Source: an uncultured Gemmatimonadaceae bacterium
Lineage (GTDB): Bacteria > Gemmatimonadota > Gemmatimonadetes > Gemmatimonadales > Gemmatimonadaceae
DNA: 64,000 nucleotides
Assembly: GCA_963829055.1 (NCBI GenBank)
Contig: CAWHHI010000008.1
Span: 377,081-441,080, forward strand
Direction: 5' to 3'
Every line of letters begins with the position of its first letter. Positions within the stretch are counted from its first letter, which is position 1. The notes below the pieces were generated by a model. That model made no database searches. It was given only the letters and a program-made list of their open reading frames with translations, and was not told where the DNA came from. Of the stretch, positions 23,504 to 34,758 are shown piece after piece. The position numbers and the translations under genes are program-made.

Positions 23504-23844
23504 CGACGCTCCGCGGCACGCGCTAGGCGGATCTCGAGGCATGCGTGCGGCGCACATGGCGCATGTCAGTATCGCCGCAGTTTCTCGGGCACGAGCGGAC
23601 ATGGCGACGACGGCAATTGATGGGCCCGGCAGCTGGGGTCGCCACAAGAGACGGCGGTCAGCTGGTCGGAAGCACATCAACGTACACAATCACGATGGGT
23701 GAGCTCGTAACCTAGAGAAGGCAGCGCCGTTGGATTTCTCCACGCCGCTCGCAATTTTAAACTTGGGCGTGGTTTCTGCGACAGCAGAGTCGACCGGGTG
23801 GGAGGAAGGCCACTGGCCAGTTCGTTTCGCACACTACCTGTCGA

Positions 23845-24879
23845 ATGAAACTCATCAGCGTCATAAGTCCGTGCTACAACGAGCAGGACAACGTTGAACC
23901 ATTGTATGAAGCCGTCCGGGCCCTGTTTGCTGGACTGCCTCAGTACCGGTACGAGCACATATTCATCGACAACGCCTCGAAGGACCGGACCGCTGATATC
24001 CTACGCGTTCTCGCGATGCGTGATGAGAACGTCAAGGTCATTCTGAACACGCGCAACTTCGGGCACATCCGGTCTCCGGTTCATGCGATCATGCAGGCGC
24101 GAGGGGATGCCGTCATTGGTATGGCCTCGGATTTTCAAGATCCCCCGGAGCTGATCCCAACGTTCCTCGCCAAGTGGGAAGAAGGATACAAGATCGTTCT
24201 TGGCGTCAAGGAGCAGGCGGAGGAATCGGGCGTGTTCTACGCGTTGCGCGACCGATACTATCGGACGCTGAATCGCATTGCCGACATCGACATCGTGCAG
24301 GAAGCGACCGGCTTTGGTCTCTACGATCGCATGGTCGTCGAGTCGATCCGGCGACTCAAGGATCCGTATCCGTTCTTTCGCGGTTTGCTGGCCGAGGTCG
24401 GCTACGAGGTCGCGCGGATTCCCTTCCGTCAGCCGCCGCGGCGGCGTGGGGTGACGTCGCAGAACTTCTATACGCTCTTCGACATTGCGTTTCTCGGGAT
24501 CGTCAACCACTCGAAAGTGCCGTTGCGACTGGCGACAATGATCGGCTTCGCCACGGGTGCAATGAGTCTCGTTGCGGCGTTAGGCTATCTGGTCTACAAG
24601 CTGATTTACTGGCAACAGTTCACCGTCGGCATCGCGCCGCTCGTCATCGGACTGTTCTTGCTCTCGTCAGTGCAGTTGTTCTTCGTTGGAATTGTCGGTG
24701 AATATATCGGGTCGATCTACACACAGGTTCGAAACCATCCGCACGTGTTCGAGAAGGAACGCATCAACTTCGACAAGGGCGATGCGACGCCGCGCGGCCT
24801 CGTAGCGGACGGGCGGCGGCCGTATCGGGTGCGGGCCGCGCACCGGAACCACGTCAAGCGACGCGCCTCACCCGGATAG
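23845..24879 (+). CDS. GT2 polyprenyl-phosphate glycosyltransferase (GtrB/ArnC-like)
   Basis: SVISPCYNE, FIDNASKD, NTRNFG, SDFQDPP, two C-terminal TM helices, GEYIGSIY; intact ORF. Confidence 0.9.
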   Translation: MKLISVISPCYNEQDNVEPLYEAVRALFAGLPQYRYEHIFIDNASKDRTADILRVLAMRDENVKVILNTRNFGHIRSPVHAIMQARGDAVIGMASDFQDPPELIPTFLAKWEEGYKIVLGVKEQAEESGVFYALRDRYYRTLNRIADIDIVQEATGFGLYDRMVVESIRRLKDPYPFFRGLLAEVGYEVARIPFRQPPRRRGVTSQNFYTLFDIAFLGIVNHSKVPLRLATMIGFATGAMSLVAALGYLVYKLIYWQQFTVGIAPLVIGLFLLSSVQLFFVGIVGEYIGSIYTQVRNHPHVFEKERINFDKGDATPRGLVADGRRPYRVRAAHRNHVKRRASPG

Positions 24880-24887
24880 AGGGTCGG

Positions 24888-25000
24888 CCGGCTTCACCGG
24901 CCATTCTCAGCCTGTTCCTTGCGTTAGGCTACCTGATCTACAAACTGGTCTTCTGGCAGGAGTTCACGCTCGGCCTCGCGCCTCTGGTTATTTGGTCGGG
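24888..25000 (+). pseudogene. Fragment of a second GtrB-like gene (TM region)
   Basis: 24921..24992 matches 24577..24648 at 57/72 nt by hand; ALGYLIYKLVFWQEFTLGLAPLVI vs ALGYLVYKLIYWQQFTVGIAPLVI. Confidence 0.75.
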
Positions 25001-25274
25001 TCACCGCGAAGCGCGCCATGAGATGGGTCTGGCCTGCGGCTCTGCAGCTTCCCTTCGCGAGCGCTTGTGTGCAACCTCCAGCCCGCCCATTCTCCCTCTC
25101 CTTACAAATCACGAGTCCGGTTCCACACGGTGTACCTCCTACGCGACTACCGCCGGCGGATGCGAGATTCGTGGCGCCGTGTACGACCTGGAGCGCTGCT
25201 CGGGGCTCGGGTCGCCCACCGCGCAGCGTGGGTCACCCACGTCGCCGAGACGACGTTTCACTCACTCCGCTCGC

Positions 25275-26617
25275 GTGACCCGATCGACCCTCGCTGACCG
25301 TCTCGAAGCTGCACGCGACCGCCTGCGGCTCCCCTCGCTGCCGCGCCATATCGTCCACAACGCCGGCTGGCTGCTCGTCGATCGCGTGCTTCGGCTGGCG
25401 CTGGGCGTCGTCGTCGGGATCTGGATCGCGCGCTACCTCGGTCCGGCCCGTTTCGGCCTACTGAACTACGCCGTCGCATTTGCCGGCGCCTTTGGGGCGT
25501 TGGCGACATTAGGGCTCGATGCCGTCGTCGTCCGGGCTTCCTGGTGCAACATCCGGAGAACCGCGACACACTGCTCGGGACCGCCTTCGCGATGAAGTTC
25601 GCAGGGGCCATGCTCGTCGTGGCCTTGTCAGTCGTGGGTGCGATGCTAGTGCGACCTGGGCGTCCGGCCGAGGCGCTTCTCGTTGGCATCGTGGCAGGCG
25701 CCAGCGTCTTCCAGGCCAGCCGACGTGGTCGACTTCTGGTTCCAGTCGCGCGTCCTCGCCAAGTACACGACCGCGGCGCGCGCCGGGGCGTTCGGCGTGG
25801 TCGCCATTGTGCGCCTTGCCCTCGTCGCCAGTGCGGCGCCGCTCGTGGCGTTCGCCTGGGCGGTCTTGCTCGAGACGGCGCTCGCTGGCGTCCTGCTCCT
25901 GCTGCTCTACCTCAAGCAGGAGGGCTGGCCTCTGCACTGGCGCGTCGACCCCGTAACCGCCCGCGCTCTCCTCCGGGTGTCGTGGCCACTCGCGCTCTCC
26001 TCTGTCGCGGTCTGGCTCTACATGCGCGTCGACCAGCTCATGATCGGCTGGATGCTGGACGAGGCAAGCGTCGGTGTGTACTCGGTCGCCGTGCGGCTGG
26101 CGGAGGTGTGGTACTTCGTTCCGAGCGTGGTCGTAAGCTCGGTGTTCGCCGCCCTGCTGCGCGCACGAGAGAGCGATCCGGTGCGCTACCGGGCACGCGT
26201 TCAAGCGCTCTTCACCGGGCTCGTCCTGCTCGGCTACGTGACTGCGATGGCTACTTCGCTCGTGGCACGGCCCGTCGTGCTGTACTGTACGGCGAGGCCT
26301 ACGAGGCGGCGTGGCCAAGCCTCGCCGTGCTCGCGTGGGCGGGCGTGTTCGTCGCGCTCGGCGTTGCGCGCGAGGCATGGCTCGTGGCGGAGGGCCTAAC
26401 GAGGTTCTCGTTTGCGACGACAGTCTGCGGCGCCGTCACGAACATCTTGCTGAATGCTGCGCTGATCCCCCGCCTCGGCGTCGTCGGTGCCGCCATCGCG
26501 ACCGTGGTTTCCCAAATGGTGGCGGTCATGCTCTCTACCGCGGTGTACCCGCGCACGCGTGTGATCTTCGGCATGCAGTTTCGAGCACTCACGCTGCGGG
26601 GAATGAGGATCTCATGA
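25275..26617 (+). CDS. Wzx flippase (polysaccharide biosynthesis protein), frameshifted
   Basis: NAGWLLVDRVLRL..IARYLGPARFG, LGLD, YMRVDQLMIG..VGVYSVAVRL, NILLNAALIPRLGVVGAAIAT. Confidence 0.85.
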
Positions 26618-27441
26618 CCGGGCTCCTCCGCTCGCTGCTCGAGTCGTTGTACCTGCGCCTGTTCGTGCGCCGCGTGTTCTTCCGGGCCAACCGGTTCCTG
26701 CACGATCTCACGTTGCACGGTCTCGGGGTACTCAACCACGATGACGGCCGAAGCGGCGAGACCGTGCTGCTCGATCACCTAGCGCGGATAGTCGCCGCGC
26801 CGGTTGTCGTGGACGTTGGGGCCAATGCGGGCGACTACGCCGCTGCGGTCCTGGCGCGCGCGCCGCGGGCCCGCGTGCTCGCCTTCGAGCCCCACCCCGC
26901 CACGTTCGCGCGCCTGCTCGGGCGCGCCGCCGCCGCCGGTTTCACGGCGCACAACTTGGCCCTCGGGGCAGAGCCTGGCCACCTCGAACTCTACGACTAC
27001 GACGGCAGTGACGGCACACAGCACGCCTCGCTCTACCGCGAAGTGATATCGACGATCCACCACGGCGGCGAGCCGCTGGCGATGCAGGTGGAGGTGGCGA
27101 CGCTCGACGACCGGCTGCGGCGCGAGGGCGTGACGCACGTAGACCTCCTCAAGATCGACACCGAGGGCCACGAACTCTCGGTGCTGCAGGGAGCGCGTGA
27201 ACTGCTGGCAGCCGGCGCCATCGCGGCGGTCGTCTTCGAGTTCAACGAGATGAACGTCATCAGCCGCGTCTTCCTGCGGGACTTCTATGACCTACTGCCG
27301 GGGTACTGCTTCTACCGTCTGCTCCCCGATGGCCTAGCGCCGCTGGGGCCGTATGTGGCGCGGCAGTGCGAAATCTTCGCCTACCAGAATATCGTGGCGG
27401 TGCGCGACGGCGGGCCGCTCGCCCAGCTCCTGTCCGCCTGA
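26614..27441 (+). CDS. FkbM family methyltransferase
   Basis: VDVGANAGDY, AFEP, LLKIDTEGHE, FEF. Confidence 0.9.
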   Translation: MTGLLRSLLESLYLRLFVRRVFFRANRFLHDLTLHGLGVLNHDDGRSGETVLLDHLARIVAAPVVVDVGANAGDYAAAVLARAPRARVLAFEPHPATFARLLGRAAAAGFTAHNLALGAEPGHLELYDYDGSDGTQHASLYREVISTIHHGGEPLAMQVEVATLDDRLRREGVTHVDLLKIDTEGHELSVLQGARELLAAGAIAAVVFEFNEMNVISRVFLRDFYDLLPGYCFYRLLPDGLAPLGPYVARQCEIFAYQNIVAVRDGGPLAQLLSA

Positions 27442-27447
27442 CACCTG

Positions 27448-28362
27448 ATGGACACACCCGTCGCGTTCCTGGTCTTCAACCGTCCCGACACCACAGCTCG
27501 GGTGTTCGCCGAGATCGCTCGGGCGCGCCCGCGACAGTTGCTCGTCGTCGCCGATGGGCCGCGCGCCGACCGGCCCGGAGAGGCCGAACGGTGCGCGGCG
27601 GTACGCGCCATCGTCGAGCGCGTGGACTGGCCATGCGACGTGCGCACCAACTACAGCGAGCGCAACCTCGGCTGCCGAGGGCGGGTGTCGTCGGGGCTCG
27701 ATTGGGTTTTCGAGGAGGTAGAGGAGGCCATCGTCCTAGAGGACGACTGCCTGCCGCATCCAACCTTCTTCCGTTACTGCGAAACCCTCATCGACCGTTA
27801 TCGCGACGACGAGCGCGTGACCTGCATCAGTGGCGACGACTTCCAGCGCCGGGATGCCGGGTGCGCTTGGAGCTATTACTACTCGCGTTTTGTGCATGTT
27901 TGGGGGTGGGCGAGCTGGCGCCGGGCCTGGCGGCATTACGACGTCGCAATGCGCGGGTGGCCCGCGACGCGTGATGCGGGCCTGCTCGAATCGGTGTGGG
28001 GCGCGGATCGGCGGGCGGTGGCGCACTGGCGCTCGATCTTCGACGACGTACATGCCGGCCGCGTGGACACCTGGGATTTCCAATGGGTCTACGCCTGCTG
28101 GCAGCAGGGTGGCCTAACGGCACTACCCTGCGGCAACTTGGTCTCCAACCTTGGCTTCGGAGTAGAGGCGACGCACACCGCAAGCGCCAGCCGGCTTGCC
28201 GCGCTTCCGATTCGGGAGATGGCATTTCCGCTCCACGCACCTCCGTACATGCGGGCGGACCCGTTCGCCGACCACTTCACGCAGCATCGCATTGTCTCCG
28301 ATGAGCGAGCCGTTCGTCGTCTCAAGCAGTGGGTCCACCGCATGCTCCGCGCGCGCTCGTGA
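27448..28362 (+). CDS. GT-A fold glycosyltransferase (GT2/HlpA-like)
   Basis: FLVFNRPD, VADGPR, NLGC, IVLEDDC, WGWASW, TWDFQW, NLVSNLGFG. Confidence 0.85.
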   Translation: MDTPVAFLVFNRPDTTARVFAEIARARPRQLLVVADGPRADRPGEAERCAAVRAIVERVDWPCDVRTNYSERNLGCRGRVSSGLDWVFEEVEEAIVLEDDCLPHPTFFRYCETLIDRYRDDERVTCISGDDFQRRDAGCAWSYYYSRFVHVWGWASWRRAWRHYDVAMRGWPATRDAGLLESVWGADRRAVAHWRSIFDDVHAGRVDTWDFQWVYACWQQGGLTALPCGNLVSNLGFGVEATHTASASRLAALPIREMAFPLHAPPYMRADPFADHFTQHRIVSDERAVRRLKQWVHRMLRARS

Positions 28363-28575
28363 GGTCTCGCCAGCGAGGTTGTACAAATCGCGGAGATTTC
28401 CGGGAGATCTTCCCCGGGGGCTCGGTCCGAACGACGTCATCAACAATATCGGCACCAGCCCCGGGCCCCGGCGCGCTCGATCGTCGCGCTGCTGTTTCCG
28501 GAATCTCGAACTCGTTCCTGGGACGCGCGGTTCGGCCGCCAGGCGGCCGACTAGGGAGTCCGGAGGCGGGCTCCG

Positions 28576-29289
28576 TCAGCCTCCGGCCCGGAAGAAAATT
28601 CCGTCCATCTGGAGCATCCTGCCGGATACCGGGTCGCCGAAGCCGGGCTCGACGGACGCCAGGGTGAATCCCATCCCGGCCAGATATCCCAACATCTCGA
28701 GATAGGGCATCTCGTTGTTGTACAAGGGCTCGATGGACATTTCCAACTGGATCCCCAGGATGTCCCTCATCGAAAGGGATGCCCCTTCTAAGATCTTCCT
28801 TTCGTATCCCTGGGCGTCGAGCTTGAGGAAGGTGCGGTCGCCCTGCCGGTGGTACTTGGAGAAGACGCTGTCCAGCCGGGATACGGTGATCTCCTCCTTG
28901 CCGACATAGGCCGATTCGGGGGCCGATTTCAAATGCGCGGGCAGCATATCGAGGAGTGAACTGCTCTGGGAATTGCCCGCGATATTGATGGTCGCCCGCT
29001 CGTCACGATCTCCGAGCCCGATATTCACGACCTGCCAAAGCGGATCCGCTTCCGTGCTCGCCTTGAGCCGCGAAAAGGCCGACGTCAGGGGTTCGAAGGA
29101 CACTATCCTTCCGCGATATCCGCCTTCCCTCAGGGATGCCGCATACTGTCCGACATTGGCGCCGACATTGAATACGAGGTCGATGCGGTTGCTTTCCAGC
29201 AAATGCATCCGGCGCGCGACCGGAGATGAGGTCGGCCTGTACCTCTCCACCTCAAACCCGGCCTTCCTCAACCATGTCTTTAGGCGCAT
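28576..29289 (-). CDS. FkbM family methyltransferase (compositionally distinct)
   Basis: FNVGANVGQY, SFEP, LKLDAQGYE, LEMS; visibly lower GC than its neighbours. Confidence 0.9.
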   Translation of the reverse strand: MRLKTWLRKAGFEVERYRPTSSPVARRMHLLESNRIDLVFNVGANVGQYAASLREGGYRGRIVSFEPLTSAFSRLKASTEADPLWQVVNIGLGDRDERATINIAGNSQSSSLLDMLPAHLKSAPESAYVGKEEITVSRLDSVFSKYHRQGDRTFLKLDAQGYERKILEGASLSMRDILGIQLEMSIEPLYNNEMPYLEMLGYLAGMGFTLASVEPGFGDPVSGRMLQMDGIFFRAGG

Positions 29290-29393
29290 TTGGCGAAATG
29301 CTAGTCACCTGCCGGGAACCATGCAAGCGGACGCGGACCCGCGCGACCTTCGCCGGCGCATCATGGCCACGGTGCCGCGGATGAAGACCATCT

Positions 29394-30503
29394 TCACCGC
29401 CGGCCTCCGCCCGCGGCCGCGCAGTACACCTCGTAGGTGGCGCGCGCGCACCGGTCCCAGGTGAACTGTGCGCTGCGCACCCGGCCGCGGGCGCGCAACT
29501 CGTCAGCGTGCGCGGGCGAGCCCACCACTCGCTCGATCGCCGCAGCGATGCTCTCCGGATCGTCGGCGTCGCACAGCTCCGCCGCGTCGCCCACCACCTC
29601 GGGGAGAGAGCTGTTCGCGGCGCACACCACGGGGCAGCCGCGGGCCATCGCCTCGAGCGGCGGGATGCCGAACCCCTCGTAGCGCGACGGGTACACGAAG
29701 GCCGCAGCGAAGGCGTACGCCGCGTCGAGCGCCGCGTCGTCGCCGCTCATCTGAACCACCGCCCCCTCGTCGAGCCCCATCTCCCGCACGAGCGCGCGCT
29801 CGGCCACGCCGAGCGGCCCGCCGCCGAAGGCAACGACCCGCACCCCCGCCCGCAGCGCCGGCGAGCCGGCGACGGCGCGGAGTAGCCCCTCGAAGTTCTT
29901 GTACCCGCCGCGCGGGCCCACGTAGAGCACGTACGGGCCATCCACGATCGGCCGGGTCGGGCGCACCGCCGGCACCGGTGCGCCGGCCAGGTGCACCACC
30001 GACACGAGCTCGGGGTCCACGCGCAGGCGCTCGAGCAGGTCGCGCCGGGTGCTCTCGGAGATGCAGATCACCCGGTGGGCACGGCGCACCGCCGCCGCCT
30101 TGCGGGCGGGGATGGAGTCGTTCGGCGAGAAGTACTCCGGGAAGCGCTCGTGGATCATGTCGAACACCGTCACTACACACGCCGCCCGCCGCGGGGCCAC
30201 GCGAAGACGCGAAAAGTACGTTTCGTGCACCACGTCTGGACGGGCAGTGGCCAGCCACCCGCGCGCGAGCACGCCGTTGAGAAGCATCCGGAGTCGCGCC
30301 GTGTGGCGGATCGGCGGCACGTGCCGGCCGACAACCATCGAGGGTGGAAGTTTCGCGAGGTACTCGTTCACGTAAACCGGGGCGAGCACCGTCACGTCGC
30401 AGCCGTCGTAGCCCGCAAGGCGCTCGGCCACCTCACAGAAATAGCGTGAGACGCCGCCATGCTGCTGAAACGAGAACACCTGGTGGTCGAAGACGAGCTG
30501 CAC
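29394..30503 (-). CDS. GT4 family glycosyltransferase
   Basis: GGVSRYF, YVGPRGGYKNF, PSRYEGFGIPPLEAMARG, SSLPEVVG, FTW. Confidence 0.9.
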   Translation of the reverse strand: MQLVFDHQVFSFQQHGGVSRYFCEVAERLAGYDGCDVTVLAPVYVNEYLAKLPPSMVVGRHVPPIRHTARLRMLLNGVLARGWLATARPDVVHETYFSRLRVAPRRAACVVTVFDMIHERFPEYFSPNDSIPARKAAAVRRAHRVICISESTRRDLLERLRVDPELVSVVHLAGAPVPAVRPTRPIVDGPYVLYVGPRGGYKNFEGLLRAVAGSPALRAGVRVVAFGGGPLGVAERALVREMGLDEGAVVQMSGDDAALDAAYAFAAAFVYPSRYEGFGIPPLEAMARGCPVVCAANSSLPEVVGDAAELCDADDPESIAAAIERVVGSPAHADELRARGRVRSAQFTWDRCARATYEVYCAAAGGGRR

Positions 30504-30510
30504 GCCGGCT

Positions 30511-31380
30511 CTACCCCTGCTTGCGAGCGAGGAACGAATACATGCGCCCCGGGTTCGGGCGCTCGAGCCGACGCCGCACGAGCGAGACGACCGCCGGTAC
30601 CCGCGCGGCGGCGGCGCCGAGCGCCCCAAAGCGCGCGCGAAGGCGGGTGCGCGGCAGCTCGCGCAGCTCAGCGTCGCTTCGGACGGCCGGGAAGGCGTTG
30701 ATGACCGAGTCCCATGGGCCGAGCATGCGCTCCAGCCGCAGCCCGGCCCCAATGATCGCCCCCTCGTACTGCGCCAGCCGGTACGCGTTCTCACCGCCGG
30801 CCAGCCGGTGCACGGGGTGCTCGGCCAGGAAGCGCTGGAGCCCAGCGTCGTCGTCCACCACGTGCTCGCGGCAGGCCAGGAAGATCCCCCCAGGGCGCAG
30901 CACCCGGGCACACTCGTGAAGCGCGGCGGCGAGGTCGCGCGTGTGGTGGAGCACCTGCCGCGCGTAAACGATGTCCGTGCTCGCGTTGGCGAGGGGGAGC
31001 CGCTCGGCGTACGCCGCGACGATCTCGATCGCCTCGCCACCGGGGAGCCGGCGGATCGCGCCCTGACCCACTTCGTCGCTCGGGTCCGGCTCCAGCGCGA
31101 CGGCGCGGGTGGCGCCGTGGGCGAGGAAGGCGTGCGAGGCGATTCCCGTCCCGGCGCCGAGATCCGCCACCACCGCCCGGCGCAGGGCGGTGCCGAGCAG
31201 CGCGCGCACTTCGGCGAACTCGCCGGACGCGGCGAACCGGCGCGCGGAGTCGGCCACGTCGCGCCCGAGGTAGGCGTCGCGAACGAGGTCGGCGAACGCG
31301 GGCTCGGCGCGCAGCCGGCGCACGGCGTCGTCGAGGCGCATCGCGCCGGGCGCGTGCGGGGGAGGGACGGGAGAACTCAT
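30511..31380 (-). CDS. Class I SAM methyltransferase
   Basis: DLGAGTG, AERLPL, YARQVLHH, RVLRPGG. Confidence 0.85.
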   Translation of the reverse strand: MSSPVPPPHAPGAMRLDDAVRRLRAEPAFADLVRDAYLGRDVADSARRFAASGEFAEVRALLGTALRRAVVADLGAGTGIASHAFLAHGATRAVALEPDPSDEVGQGAIRRLPGGEAIEIVAAYAERLPLANASTDIVYARQVLHHTRDLAAALHECARVLRPGGIFLACREHVVDDDAGLQRFLAEHPVHRLAGGENAYRLAQYEGAIIGAGLRLERMLGPWDSVINAFPAVRSDAELRELPRTRLRARFGALGAAAARVPAVVSLVRRRLERPNPGRMYSFLARKQG

Positions 31381-31384
31381 CGGC

Positions 31385-31720
31385 GAGCGGGGGACGGGCG
31401 CGATGCGGGCATCGGGAGCTCGCGCCGCGACATGATCGGCAATAGGGTTGTTTATGGCAATGAGATCGCGAATTCGGGGCACGTACTCGCGCCCCCCTGT
31501 CGCATCAGCGCATAAGCCGCGCGGGGCGTCTGCTGGGCGAAAATGCTATGGAGCGTGATCACACGGGCACGGGCCGGTCAAGCGCGGCGCGAATGCGCGG
31601 CCTCCGTGGGCGTGAACAACGTCGGCTCCATGAGCCCGTCGCCGTCGTACGACGACGTCAACCGAGCTGCATGTCGACGAACGGACGCGGTCCCTACGGC
31701 GAATCGGCATTCTCGCGGGA
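31385..31720 (-). pseudogene. Possible GT4 N-terminal relic
   Basis: Broken frames give ADVVHAHG, (P)RVITLHS, LIAIN..IADHV..RIAPVP, resembling GT4 N-domain motifs; no C-terminal domain. Confidence 0.35.
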
Positions 31721-31832
31721 GGTAGAGGGCTTTCGGATCTCGATTGACGAACGATGGTGCGCCGCGTCGTTAGGGTCAGCGATAGTCGTCGCCTTCTAAC
31801 GGGCAACTTGAGATCTCGAGCAGTCGTCTCAT

Positions 31833-32705
31833 TCACCCGAAGTCAGTCCAGCACATCCACCGTACCCGCCGGAAACCGTAGAACGGCGCGAGGAGCAGAA
31901 TGATCGTGCACTCGTATGGGTAATAAACGAGTCCGAATAAGAGCCCACGATGCCGGCGTCGGATCCGCTCCATCGGGTAGCGCAACAAACGGTGCCAGTA
32001 GGTCAAGGGCACTCGCTCTTTCACATACCGATGATAGATAGTCTCAAACTCTCTCGTAATCTTGATGCCGCCTGCTGTCGTCTTGTTGGTTTCGCTGAAT
32101 CGCATTTCCGCCAGGATGTCCGCAATGAAATGCCATCTCGCCCCCTGTACGACGAAGTAATTCCAGAGCTCGAAGTCCATCATATAGTGCAACGCCTCGT
32201 CCAACGGTGGACTCCGTTTGAGCAGCGACCTGCGATAGTAAATGGCCTGTTGCGGGATTTGGTTCATGCAAGGAAGCAACTCGATGCTCATCGGCGACGG
32301 GACTTCGACGCGATTCAAGCGGGGGTCGGGATAGGTAAACCGGCAGGAGCCGGCAACCACGTCGGCCTCAGGGTTTTCGATGAAGGCTCTTGCGATCGTG
32401 TGGAGCGCACCAGGCAGCAGCACGTCGTCGCTTGGGAGCCAATTGACGATTTCACCTGTTGCTCGTGCGAACCCTTTGTTGATGGCGTGAGTCTGTCCCC
32501 GATCCTTTTCGCTGATCCACCAGGCGATGTGCTGCTCGTTTCTGCGTATCACCTCCACGCTATTGTCCGCGGAGCCGCCGTCTACCACCAGAATCTCGAG
32601 GCGCGGATACTTCTGGTCGATCAGGCTGCGGAGGGTCGCGTCGATCGTAGCCCCGCCGTTGTAATTCGGGACGACAATCGAAATCGAGGGAAGCGTTGCT
32701 GACAT
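31833..32705 (-). CDS. GT2 family glycosyltransferase (WcaE/WfgS-like)
   Basis: ISIVVPNYN, VVDGGSAD, DRGQTHAINKG, WLPSDD, MDFEL. Confidence 0.9.
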   Translation of the reverse strand: MSATLPSISIVVPNYNGGATIDATLRSLIDQKYPRLEILVVDGGSADNSVEVIRRNEQHIAWWISEKDRGQTHAINKGFARATGEIVNWLPSDDVLLPGALHTIARAFIENPEADVVAGSCRFTYPDPRLNRVEVPSPMSIELLPCMNQIPQQAIYYRRSLLKRSPPLDEALHYMMDFELWNYFVVQGARWHFIADILAEMRFSETNKTTAGGIKITREFETIYHRYVKERVPLTYWHRLLRYPMERIRRRHRGLLFGLVYYPYECTIILLLAPFYGFRRVRWMCWTDFG

Positions 32706-32709
32706 GAGG

Positions 32710-33556
32710 CTACTGGCTAAGACGGAACCCTCGGATCCTGCCAAGGCACGTCGTCCAGTGAAACCGCGTCTCCTCACCTGCGAGCTTCAGCATCGCAAGG
32801 ACCGTCCGACCCGCCGGCACACCGAAAAACAACACGCGCCACCACATCGGCATCGGGTGTTCGCGCAGCATTCGTCCATCACCGAGTGCATAGCTGTAAC
32901 GCTTGACGCGGCTTTTTTCGTCGAACGAGCGAAATATCCTCGGGTGATGGATCTGCAGATGCTTTTCATACCGGACCTGAAATCCGTTCTCTATGGTCCG
33001 GAGCATCAAGTCGTTGTCCTCCCCGCCCCCCCATGGCGTGCCAGCACCGCCACCGAGCGACTCGTCGAATCCACCGATTTTTCGCAATACGCGTGAGCGA
33101 TAGACGCATGCGAAGCAGACGGCTCGCCGCCAACATATCGGCTTCGTCGCTTGCCCCGAGCGATCTCGCCACGGAAGGATTGGACGGCCCGACTCGTCAA
33201 TTGCCTCGCCGATGATTGCATTCGCATCCGGAATCTGCCGCCAGAAGATCATTCACCTGCTGAAGGAAGTCCTCGGGATACCAACAATCGTCGTCGGGAA
33301 AGCACACCACGTCCCCGCTAATATGGTCGATGCCGAGGTTTCGGGCGCGCGAAGCACCCGGCGTGTCGGTTAGGTACAGATGGCGTATCTCGAGCTTGCC
33401 CGCAAAGCCAGCGAGAATCGGCTCCAGCCGGGTGTCCGGATTTTGATCGACCACAATAACGTCAAAATCCTGATGAGTCTGCGCCTCGAGCGACGCAAGC
33501 AGTCGTCCCAGCTCGGCGGTTCGCCCGACGGTGGCGACAACCAGAGAGATCCTCAT
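32710..33556 (-). CDS. GT2 family glycosyltransferase, frameshifted
   Basis: ISLVVATVGR, VVDQN, SRARNLG, FPDDD, GGFDE..GEDND. Confidence 0.85.
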
Positions 33557-33589
33557 CCTAGTGCAGCGTACACGGGTCCACGCTGCACC

Positions 33590-34731
33590 CTATCGGTCGC
33601 CGATTACACGCAAGGGTGACGACGGCTTCATGGGGGCGTTAGGCCGTTCAATGCCGCGTCCCGCGATTACTTGATGCAGGAAGCCAGGTCTCGAGTACGG
33701 ATTATCGAACACCTCGATCGTGATCGGCTCATCCTGCCTAACGGCGACAACGAGCGGGTCACCGGTGATGAGCTCGCGACACGAGAGCTGACCCTTCTGC
33801 AGTGGGATAGCGAGGTAGTAATCCTCGTCCGTCAAGACGTCACCGGCTGGAAGATCCCGCGTGGCATAAACGCCTCGCACCAGGCTATCGAGATACGCCG
33901 TTTCCTTGGGCGGCAATCGCCGTCGCTCTGCGCTCGACCCGCCACACATCTCCCTGCGCCTTGTGGAATGCACGGAACCACTCGACGATCTGCTCGGGCG
34001 TCGAACAGTACGGCGTGATCGGGTGATCGGGCGTATCGATGTCGATGTGTCGCTCGAAGGTCCGCGCACCCTTCGCATACGCCATCATGATCGATGACGT
34101 CCAGTCGTGATACTCGTGCGTCGAGAATCCGATCGTCACGCCGGGATATCGATCGCGAAGGAAGTCGATCTGATTGATCTCGAGCTCGGAGTCCTCGCTC
34201 GGGTACAGTGACACGCAGTGATTGATCGCGAGCGGAATGTGACGGTTCTGGAAGAACGTCACCATCGCGTCCATGCTTCGCACCGACGCGCCCCCCGTCG
34301 ACACGATCACCGGCTTCCGCGCCTTCGCGATCCGCTCGAGCAGCGGCCAGTCCGTGATGTCCGAGCTCGCGACCTTGATGATCTCGATGCCGACATCCTC
34401 ACAGAAGTCCACGGACGCTTCATCGAACGGCGTCGCCAGACGGATGCAGTTGTTTCGCCGAACGGCTTCCACCAGCGTGGCCATCTCATCACGTGACAGC
34501 CGAGTGTCGAGCGTCTTCTTGATGTAGCGAATGTCCTCGCGATGCCGGAAATCCTTGTGCACGAAGGTGTCGACGATCGCGGAACTGCAGCTTGATCGCC
34601 GCACGAACGTCGTTGTAGCGGACCACCGTCGAGAACTCCTTCACGATCCGGAGTCCACGGTTCACATCGCCCCAGTGGTTGTTCGCCAGCTCCAGCACGA
34701 ACAGCTCGTCGAAAATATCTCGATTGATCAC
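33590..34731 (-). CDS. N-acetylneuraminate synthase (NeuB/SpsE) family protein with SAF domain, frameshifted
   Basis: ELANNHWG, IKLQ, TPFDE, KVASSD, STGG, HCVSLYP, GFSTHE, FERH, RGVYA (SAF). Confidence 0.85.
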
Positions 34732-34758
34732 CGGATCCCTCTTCGCATTGGGGTGTGA

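Noticed and set aside
24577..24992. DGR template/variable repeat pair
   Set aside because: Differences are mostly synonymous and not adenine-specific, and no reverse transcriptase is present in the window.
28363..28575. GDP-mannose dehydratase relic (DLYNLAGE)
   Set aside because: Only one short motif, with no collinear support.
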